From NCBI GenBank assembly GCA_964016885.1, contig OZ024762.1:11594001-11658000 (forward strand): a stretch of 64,000 nt of DNA, written 5' to 3'. Below the pieces are notes generated by a model, which was not told the origin of the DNA, made no database searches, and saw nothing but the letters and a program-made list of their open reading frames with translations. The position numbers and the translations under genes were made by a program. The DNA is from Eledone cirrhosa (lineage: Eukaryota). Positions 53,686-64,000 of this stretch are shown here, piece by piece. Numbering within the stretch: the stretch's first letter is position 1; each line of letters begins with the position of its first letter.

Positions 53686-56600
53686 CCCTTACCTTTGTTA
53701 TTTTCTGCTAATCTTGTGTAAGATTTTATTAAGAAGGAAGGAACACACTCCACCAAAAGCAGCATTACTCACCTTCGTAACTATCTCACCACCACACCAC
53801 CACCTGCCTAAACAAACACTAGTGACTCATTGAAGAAAGAACCACCACCACTACCACTTCTACTAAACTACCACTATCTCCACTATCACCACCACCACTA
53901 CCCTACCACCACCACTTCACAGACTTCAGTACATGACCACCTACACCACCACCACCTACACCACCATATCTCCACCAACTCCTTCATACTGCCACCACAC
54001 CTCCTACCACCAACACCACAACCACTTCTACTAAACTACCACTATCTCCACTATCATCACCACCACCACTACCACCACCACTACTACCAACCACCACCGC
54101 CTCCACTACTACCACTACCGACAACACTAACAACCACCACCACCACTGCCACCACCACTACCACCCACCACTGCCACTACCACTATACCCACCATTATCA
54201 CCGCCACTACCACTACACCCACCACCACCATATCCTCACCTACCACCACCACCACCATCTACACCATATCCTCACCTACCACCACCACCATATCTCCACC
54301 TACCACCACCACCACCACCATCTACACCATATCCTCACCTACCACCACCACCATATCTCCACCTACCACCACCACCACCACTTCACTAACTTCAGTACAT
54401 GACCACCTCATAATATACATAACTGTCTGTGTCTACAGAACTAAAAGATCTGCCTGTTTCAACTGACCTCTAATCTACACTGTACTCTATAGAATCAAAT
54501 TATTCAGTTATCAAATGTACTTTTGGTAATGGTGTTTCTAATGGAACACACTGCCACCTATGTTGGGCTTATTTTGTTGTTTTTCTAATTTACTCATCCC
54601 AAGCAAGGCAATAAAGCTATTAAAATACAAGGGGCTTATTTTTTTGTAAAGACCCCCCTGCGGTCACAAATGACCATGAGATTTGTATCTAGAAAGTTTC
54701 CCTCCCAGGCAAGATTGTTTGTGGAAGACCAGCAGTCACCCATGTATACCAGTCTCTCCTCTCTCCATACCTCTGATGTTGTCCAAGAGAAAGGCAAAGA
54801 CCGATACAGCTTGGCACTAGTGATGTCACATATATACACTATGTACAGCATATGTATAAACTATATGATGTTGTCCAAAGGAAAGGCAATAGCTGATACC
54901 AGCTTGACACCAGTGACATCATACCTCATATATACACTGTATATACACTATATATACATTATATATACACTATATATGATGTTCTCCAAGGGAAAGGCAA
55001 TGGCTGATACAACTTGGCACCAGTGGCATCGCAACTCATTTCTACAGATGAGTAAACTGGAGCAATGTAAAATAAAGGGTCTTGCACAAGGACACAACGC
55101 ATCCCCCGGTCCGAGAATCGAACTCACAACCTCACGATTGCAAGCCCAATGCTCTAACCACTAAGCCATGTGCCTTCACAAGGGGCTACACCCCAAGCAA
55201 GGCAAGAAAGCCACTAAAATACAAGGAGTTACTGAGAAGGGAAACAAACAAAAGACAAAACAGAGAGAACATAATTTAGAGAGAGAAATGATAATGATTG
55301 ATGTTGCGTTTGAGTTTTTGCAAATTGTAATCAGAGGTCAGGAGAGCAAGAAACTGGAAGATTTGTTGTTGGTGTTGGTGTTGGTGGTGGTGTTGGTGTT
55401 GTTGTTGGTAGTGCTGCTGTTGTTGTTGTTGGTAGTGTTGGTGGTGTTATTGTTGTTGTGGAAAGAATAAGTAATATTTACTTTCTTCACCAAACTAGCA
55501 AATACGTTTATGTATCATACCATCATCATCATCATCACTACCAACAACAACACTACCACCAGCACTCCCAGCAACAACACCACCAACAACAACATCAATA
55601 ACAACAACAACAATAACAACAACACTACCAACATTAACAATAACAAATTATTTGCTGGTTATGTTTTATGACTGAACAAAATATTGTTGAATGGCAGATT
55701 TTTTTCTGTTTAATCTCTGTTTGTTTGTTGTTGATGGTGGTGGTTGTGTCGGTAGTGATGGAGGTGGTGGTATTGGTGGCGTTGGTAGTAGTGGTGGTGA
55801 TGGTAATAGTGGTAGTGGTAGTGGTGGATTTTTTGGATTTTTTTTTATTGTTGTATTCTGTCGGCCATTGTTGTTCCATTCATTAACAAGTTGTATATTT
55901 TTATAGATGACTAAAATAATCTAATCAGGAGTTGATCTAGAGAATATATTGAGGGTGGGGATTTGTGGTGGCTGGTGGGGTGGTGGGGTATTGCGAGTGT
56001 GGTGGTTGTGGGGAGTGGTGTGGGGTGGTGAGGAGTTGTGGTGTGTGTATATATATATATCTACCTGTGTGTATGTGTGTTTATGTATATACATATCCAC
56101 ATGTGTGTGTGACTCTCTGTGTATGTGTGTGTTTGTGTATACATCTCCACCTGTGTGTGTGTGTGTGTGTGTGTGTTTACATCTCCAACTATGTGTGTAT
56201 GTGTGTGTGTTTACATCTCCAACTATGTGTGTATGTGCCTGTCAGAGTCTGTGTCGTCGTGTGTGCGTTTATGTGTATTCATGTATATGTGTATTCCCCT
56301 CTGTGTGTGTGTGTGTGTGTCCATGTATGCGAGTGTGTGTGTGTGTGTATGCAAGTGTGTGTGTGTGTGTGTATGTATGCAAGTGTGTGTGTGTGTGTGT
56401 GTTTGTTCATGTATACAAGTGTGTGTGTGTGTGTGTGTGTGTATGCAAGTGGGTGTGTGTGTATTTATGTATGCGAGTGTGTGTGTGTTTGTCCATGTAT
56501 GCAAGTGTGTTTGTGTGTATGTATGCAGGTGTGTGTGTGTATGTATGTGTGTAGCCAACCATGTGTGTAGCCTGTGTGTCCATTCACACCTGTACATGTT

Positions 56601-58475
56601 TTCATTCCATTGTCAGACAACAGCAATAATAGGTGTTAATGTAACAGTGGGGGGGGGGTCAGACCGGAAGATCTCACTTTCCTTTACAAAAAGGGAACCT
56701 GGGATATTTCACAGTGAAGTGTGTCAGATGTAGCAGGAAATACTCTACCCCCTCTCTCTCACTCTCACTCCTCCTCTCTCTCACTCCCCCTCTCTCTCAC
56801 TCTCACTCCCCCTCTCTCTCTCACTCTCTCTCTCTCTAACTCTGTCTCTGTATCGACTCCATAATAATATTCTTTGTGAGTATGTGTGTGTATGTATGTG
56901 TGTGTGTGTGTAAGTGTGTGTGTTTGTGTTTGTATGTGTATATATGTGTGAGTGTGTGTGTACATTCACACAGATGTGTAGCTCAACCCCCCCCCCCCGA
57001 AAAAAAAAAGAAAATAATTCCTGGCCTTGCTCCTAAATTAGAAACCATTGCTGACCTACATAGATATATATCTGGCATGTGTGTGTCGTGTGTGTGTTGT
57101 GTGTGTATGAGTGTGTGGTGTGTGTGTCATGTGTGTATAAGTGTGTGTTGTGTGTATAAGTGTGTGTTGTGTGTGTGTGTGTTGTGTGTGTATGAGTGTG
57201 TTGTGTGTGTCATGTGTGTATAAGTGTGTGTTGTGTGTGTTTTGTGTGTGTTGTGTGTGTCATGTGTGTATAAGTGTGTGTTGTGTGTGTATGAGTGTGT
57301 GTTGTGTGTGTATACACACTCATACACACACCTGACCCCCACCACCCACTACAGTACTTCCTCCAAAGACCTGTTCTCAAATGCTTCCTTCAACCCATAC
57401 CAACATGGAAGGTAGGCATAAAATGATGGTGACAGTGATGATGATGATCAAGGTGGTGGTGATGATGATGGTGATGTTGGTGGTGACGATGATGGTGATT
57501 GTCATGATGATGATGATGGTGATGGTGGTGATGATGGTGATGATGGTGATGATGGTGGTAATGATGATGGTGATGATGGTGGTGATTATGGTGGTGATGG
57601 TGGTGATGGTGGTGATCATGGTGATGATGATGATTGTCATGGTGATGATGGTGAAAGACCTAATCTAAACTAATAAAATGCTTCTTTCAAAAGTTTCATA
57701 GAAACATTCCCTGCAAAGTAATGGTTTCTACTGTAAGCACAAGGCCATAACTCTATGCCATAAGGTATGTTGTCCGATGCCCTTTCTCTCATACAGGCAC
57801 ACTATATGTTTCCTCAGCTATACATGTGTGCTATTGTAATCCAACTACATAATATATGTACATATAAAGCATATAAAGTGTTATATACTATGTCCTATTT
57901 TTTCTTTTCTTATGTACATGCACTTTTTTGATGAGTTGTGGTGCACCTGGGCACTGTACACAATATTTCATTATTGTTATTGTTATTATATCATGACTCA
58001 TACACTGTTCATTTTCCTGACATTTGTACATTATTCTATGTACTATACATGCACCTTTGATGAGTTGTAGTGCACCTGAGCACTGTACACAATAATTTCA
58101 TTATTATGCTTTCCAGCATAGTTACGTCCCTTTACGATCTGAGTTCAAATCCCGCCGAGGTTGACTTTGCCTTTCATCCTTACGGGGTCGATAAAATAAA
58201 GTACCAGTAATGAACTGGGTATTTGCTGGCCTTGTGCCTAAAGTAGAAACAATTATTATTATTATTATTATTATTATAAATAATAAAAATATTTACACGC
58301 ACAAAACCCACATCGTACCGTCTGTGCCGTCTGTAATGTTTGTCTTGATGTCAGCCCTTGTGGCCAATAAAGAAATCATATATTAGTAATTAGTGTTAGT
58401 ATTATTAGTATTAGTATAATTAGTATTAGTAGTGTTAGTATTATTAGTATTAGTGTGAAGTCAAAAATGTGTCAT

Positions 58476-58548
58476 AGCTTCATACAGTTGCTTTATCGTC
58501 AAAGCAAAAGCCAGAACGTACATATGTATGTGTGTATATGTATATGTA

Positions 58549-58600
<52 letters not shown>

Positions 58601-58659
58601 CACACATACATATATGCGTTCTGGCTTTTGCTTTCATGATAAAGCAACTGTATGAAGCT
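58476..58659. repeat. Inverted repeat centred on a (TG)(TA)(CA) microsatellite
   Basis: AGCTTCATACAGTTGCTTTATC..AAAGCAAAAGCCAGAACG mirrored by CGTTCTGGCTTTTGCTTT..GATAAAGCAACTGTATGAAGCT. Confidence 0.8.
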
Positions 58660-59978
58660 GAGACATATATATATACACATATATATATATATGTGTGTGT
58701 GTGTATAAATGTGTGTGTGTGTGTGTGTATATGTGTGTGTATATGTGTGTGTATATATGTGTGTGTGTGTGTATATATGTGTGTGTGTGTGTGTGTGTAT
58801 ATATGTGTGTGCGCGCGTATGTCTTTGTATATATATATATATGTATATGAGCGTGTATGTGTGTTTGTATATATATATATATGTGTGTGTGTGTGTATTT
58901 GTCTTTGTATATATATATATATATATATATAAATGAAGCACTTTTTCCTGAGTGTCACTCTTGAGTAGGACTTGACATTTCAGTTCTCACTCAGGTCACT
59001 GCATTAAAGTATAAGTCGGCCATCTTGGTTATATTTATAGACTTTACAAATAAATATAAAATAACAAAGTTAAGATTAAAAATAACCCTACAACCCCCCT
59101 CCATTAGCTCCTTATCTTCTTTGTCTTAGAATTGTTGACTAATTCTTCCTTTTAATTTAATTAGTTAATAACAAAGTGTTTTAGCTAATTGTTGTTGTGT
59201 TGGTGGTGGTTGGGGTTGTTGTGGTGGTGGTGGTAGTTGTGGTAGTGGTGGTGGTAATGGATGTTGTGGTGGTGGTGGTGGTGGTGGTGATTGTTGTTGT
59301 TGTTGCTGTTGTCTGTTATATACATGTGTATGTGCATATGCATTCATTTATATGTATGAGTATATAAATATAAACATGTAAACACAGACACGCTTACAAA
59401 ATACACACTTACAGACATACATTTACACACACACACACATACACTCACGTAGCAAATGGAACACCAGCTGCTGTTTTGCTATAGTTTTTTTCACCATCCC
59501 CTTCCTTCCTTTTACACACACATACATTCACACAAACATACACATTGTGTGATTGACAGACGGAAGTCACTCCAATTTATATATATATATATATATTGTG
59601 GTGTTTGTGGCAGTAAACTTTTGGCTTGATGAGTATGATGTATAAGGTTGGTCTGTCCCATATGAAGCGCTGCTTGAAATGCAGCTGAATGAACAATGAA
59701 CTATGATTGCTACTTAAGTAAATTTTATTAAGGAATGACCTGCTACAGGGTTATTGATGATAACATAGAAAAACAAGGCTGTGTTGTTGGTTGTGTGTAT
59801 GTGTGTATGTATGGAGAGTTTGAAACATGATATACTCTGTTGAGGCATGAACTAACCTTTTGTTTGCAGTGGAACGGGGAATAAAGCTCACAGACCCTTA
59901 TCGATGGGGCCAGAGTGTCTGTTTTTAATGACTATATCACTCTACTTGTTGGAACTAACTGATTGTGTAGTATCTGCT

Positions 59979-60351
59979 CAGCACCGGATTTACCATTGTG
60001 CTTAGAAGTTCTTAAGCACAGGGCTCCGTTGGCCAGAGAGGAATTTTTTACAATGAATTTTTCAAATGTTTTCAAAGGTAAGAGGCCTCATAACTTAGCT
60101 AGTACAGGGCCTCATAACTTAACTAGTACAGGGCCTCATAACTTAACTAGCACAGGGCCGCATAACTTAGCTAGTACAGGGCCTCATAACTTAACTAGCA
60201 CATGACCTCATAACTTAACTAGCACAGGGCCGCATAACTTAACTAGTACAGGGCTTCATAACTTAACTAGCACATGACCTCATAACTTAACTAGCACAGG
60301 GCCGCATAACTTAACTAGCACAGGGCCTCATTTGTCCTAAATCCAGCACTG
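59979..60351. mobile_element. hAT-type MITE with internal 24-bp repeat x~10
   Basis: TIRs CAGCACCGGATTTA / TAAATCCAGCACTG; TSD TATCTGCT / TGTCTGCT; GGGCCTCATAACTTAACTAGCACA array 60083-60330. Confidence 0.85.
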
Positions 60352-60954
60352 TGTCTGCTTTGAGAGATGATGAAGCCATTTATCTTAGAAGAACTCCAGT
60401 TGGACACTTTCTCCAGACAAGCTGGTGATAGCAGTCCTGAAACAAAGGAATTCAATATCTATCTGGCCACAAAGGTCAGCATGTGTGGTCACTTTGACCT
60501 GCTTTGCTAACTTGGGAAATTATTGCTACAGATGTGCCAGGATTGTTATCAAAATGGTAGAAATAAGAACCCTTTAAAATGGTTTTGTTTTAAAGAACCA
60601 GAAGTAGTTTTGCCAGGGTTGGTAACAAAAGGGTAGAAATAGAAGCCCTTTAAACCTTTAACATTTACATTACTCTATATTTACTATTATATTTTCATGG
60701 TAAAGGCTTTACCTTACATAATTATCTTACATAACATGGAATCTATGAGATTTTGATATTATTTATTTTGAGAACAATACCTTAACATCAGTATGAGTGG
60801 CCAGTTACAGCCAGTTTGAACAGAAAGAGGTGAGGGAATTCTGGCCGGATACGGCTGGTTTAAATGCTAAAGGGTTAAAATGGTTATTTTTGTTTCATAG
60901 AACCAGAAGTAGTTTTGTCTGGGGTAGTAGAAAAAGGATAAGTATAGGAACCCT

Positions 60955-61529
60955 TTAACCCTTTAGCATTTAAACCGGCCGTAACCGGCCAGAATTCTCT
61001 CACCTCTTTCTGTTTAAACTGGCTGTAACTGGCCACTCGTATGAAATTAAGGTATTTTTCTCGAAATAAATAATATCAAAATCTCATAGATTCAATATTA
61101 TGTGAGATATTATGTGGGGTAAAGCCTTTACCATGAAAATATAATAGTAAATATAGAGTAATGTAAATATTATGTGAGGTAAAGCCTTTACTGTGAAAAT
61201 ACAATAGTAGATATAAAGTAATGTAAATGTTATGTGAGATATTATGTGAGGTAAAGCCTTTACTGTGAAAATACAATAGTATATATAAAGTAATGTAAAT
61301 GTTATGTGAGATATTATGTGAGGTAAAGCCTTTACTATGAAAATACAATAGTAGATATAAAGTAATGTAAATGTTATGTGAGATATTATGTGAGGTAAAG
61401 CCTTTACTATGAAAATACAATAGTATATATAAAGTAATGTAAATGTTATGTGAGATATTATGTGAGGTAAAGCCTTTACCATGAAAATATAATAGTAAAT
61501 ATAGAGTAATGTAAATGCTAAAGGGTTAA
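60955..61529 (-). mobile_element. piggyBac-type MITE with both ends and ~6 copies of the 72-bp unit
   Basis: TTAA-CCCTTTAGCATTTA ... TAAATGCTAAAGGG-TTAA; same unit as the 41765 array, reversed. Confidence 0.88.
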
Positions 61530-62106
61530 AATGGATGGTTTTGTTTCATAAAACCAGAAGTTTTGCCTGGGCTGGTAACTAAAGGGTTAAAATAAAAACC
61601 ACAACTTATGACTTAGGAATTGAAGTAATTTTAGATAAGATTCAAACTAAAAGATCACAGGAAGGAAGGAAAAAGAAAAAAAAAGTTAGCTAAATCCATT
61701 TTTGTTTTGTATTCTTGGTTCCCAAATAACGGGGGGGGGGATAACCGAGGGGGTGGGGAATGGGTAATTTTTCTAGGTTGTCTCCGTTGATGTTTAAAAA
61801 AAAACCCAATGAGACCCCCCCCCCCCCCCCCCCAAAACCCATTCTATTTATTTCATAACCTATGTGATTTCTAGTAATGTACTATTTTTGTCATGTAGAA
61901 TGATTTTAGAAAAAATTATCACAGGAATGTTACTACTTAAAATAAAATTTCGCCATACATTGATAAAAAAAATTTAATAAACCGAGGGGGCATTATTCAA
62001 GAAGCCCGAGAGTGGTTTTATTTATATTTTATTTATAATAGATTCTAGTTCTGATTCTCAAATTTGAAAACAAAAAAAAAAAAAATCTTTTTTTTTTTTC
62101 TCTTTC

Positions 62107-62184
<78 letters not shown>

Positions 62185-62429
62185 TCTCTCTCTGCCCTTC
62201 TTTCTCTACGCTTTCTCCCCCCACCTCTCTCTATCCCTCTCTATTTCCCACACTAGGTGTGGCTAATTGTGTTTTTTAAAAAGAGAGAGTGGGAAAATTG
62301 TGTCTGTGTGTGTGATTGTGTATGCATGTGTGTGTGTATATATGTGTATGTGTGTAAGCATATGTGTGTGTGTGTGTGTCAGATGTTTGGCCTCATAGAT
62401 TACATATATTCATTGTGTGTATGTGGGTG

Positions 62430-62460
<31 letters not shown>

Positions 62461-63343
62461 ATATATATATGTGTGTGTGTGTGTGTATATATATATATGT
62501 GTCAGATGTTTGGCCTCATTGTAGATTACATATATTCATTGGGTGTGTGTGTGAGAATGTGTGTGAATGTGTGCGAGTGTATGTGTCTGTGTGTATGTAT
62601 GTGTGCAAGTGTATGTATGTGTGTGTGTGTGTATTTGGTGTTTTTATCAACTATCACAGCTTTCAGGAAATCAGTTTTATCATGACATGTGAATGTCATA
62701 ATACATGAACAGTTTCATCTACAAAGACTTCTTATTACTACTACTACTACTACTACCTCCACCACTACTTGTATATTATCTATGATATTACAAACATTAA
62801 TTAGGGGGTCCCTCTCTAAACATTGTGAGGGCCCTGATTAGATCCCAACCAGTCCCTTCCCCTAATTCACCACAACTTGCAAGGATAGGGTATCTTCTGA
62901 AAAACTTGTTATACCTAACATTTTGGATGTGTTTGTCTAAATATATAGGTATATATATATAGATATGTGTGTGTGTGTGTATATATATATATAACAAAGG
63001 GATTGCGGTAAGGAACCAGATGGACCATAACGCACCAGAGTACTCAATACTTAGGGTAGTAGAGTGGGAATAGGAAAAAGTATGACCCCGACGGCAGAGC
63101 TCAAGCCGTTTCGACGGCTATTTGACGGTAGAGCTCAAGCCATTTCGACGGCTATTTCTGGACTAGTCCAGAAATAGCCGTCGAAACGGCTTGAGCTCTG
63201 CCGTCGGGTCATACTTTTTCCTATATATATATATATATATGTTAGGTAATTCCGAAGAAAAAGCAAAAGCAAAAGAAAAAAGAGTGCTCTATGCATAGAA
63301 CAGAGCTATTTAATTAGAAAGTGGACAACACAAAATATAACTA

Positions 63344-63401
63344 CTCCATTACCAAAGGTTTCTGGATCACAGACAATAATAATATCGGTCATCAGACAGA
63401 G
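63344..63401 (-). ncRNA. Type I hammerhead motif with degenerate stem II (related to 17249; 3' half also at ~7808-7830 +)
   Basis: CTCTGT-CTGATGA-C...A-GAAA-CCTTTGGT-A-ATGGAG. Confidence 0.6.
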
Positions 63402-63544
63402 ATGTTAACATCACTTTCTATTATATATATATATTGCCTGTGTACAAAGTAAAACCTACAATCAGTAGGCACCTCTTAACCAAATATATACCCCATCCCA
63501 CTACCCCAACTCCCCCACCCCCAGGTGGCATGTCCACGTGTGTT

Positions 63545-64000
63545 CATCATCACCATCATCATCATCATACGTCCGCTCTTCCCTGCTTGCAAGGGTGGGA
63601 CAGGTCTTATTCAGCACAGCATCTCTCCACTTGTCACAGTCCTTCGTTATCTTCTCCCTGAGCTTCAGCGATCTGAGGTCTGCTCTCACCACCTCCGTCC
63701 ATGTTTTTCGTGGTCTACCTCTACCACGTCTTCCTTCAACTGGCATTTCCTGGCACTTCTTTACCCATCGGTCATGCTCCATGCGCATCACATGTCCATA
63801 CCACCACAGTCTCCTCTCCCGTACACTACATTCCATCCCTCTCAGACACAGTTTCTCTCTCAACACATTCATGTTGGGTCGTTCACGCACATTTACACTG
63901 CACATCCAACGGAGCATGCTTGCCTCATTTCTCTCCAGCCGTCGCATATCCTCTGCAGTTGCTGCCCATGTCTCACTACCATGCAGCATCGCGCTCCTCA
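63545..64000 (-). mobile_element. RTE-clade LINE 3' end
   Basis: MLHGSETWA...LERNEASMLRWMC...RERRLWWYGHVMRM...GRRGRGRPRKTW with a (GAT)n tail. Confidence 0.92.

Overview
This is AT-rich, microsatellite-saturated animal genomic DNA; the repeat content is octopus/cephalopod-like (inference). The only recognisable host gene is PIGU (GPI transamidase subunit PIG-U), with 8 coding exons on the minus strand from 10032 to 462 and the rest off the left edge. The remainder holds tRNA-derived SINEs, RTE and CRE non-LTR fragments, piggyBac-, hAT- and Tc1/mariner-type MITEs, a Helitron-like element, a candidate LTR and several minisatellites. The most notable signal is more than a dozen type I (mostly minimal) hammerhead ribozyme motifs from several distinct families. 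They sit in short non-coding elements embedded in or next to (TA)n tracts, usually as fold-back or 5'-inverted structures with arms up to 194 bp. Many share a GAGYRC motif about 40-75 nt before the 3' junction. This looks like a Penelope-like pLTR/retrozyme system, with no autonomous partner visible in the window. Most ORFs in the supplied track are microsatellite artefacts.
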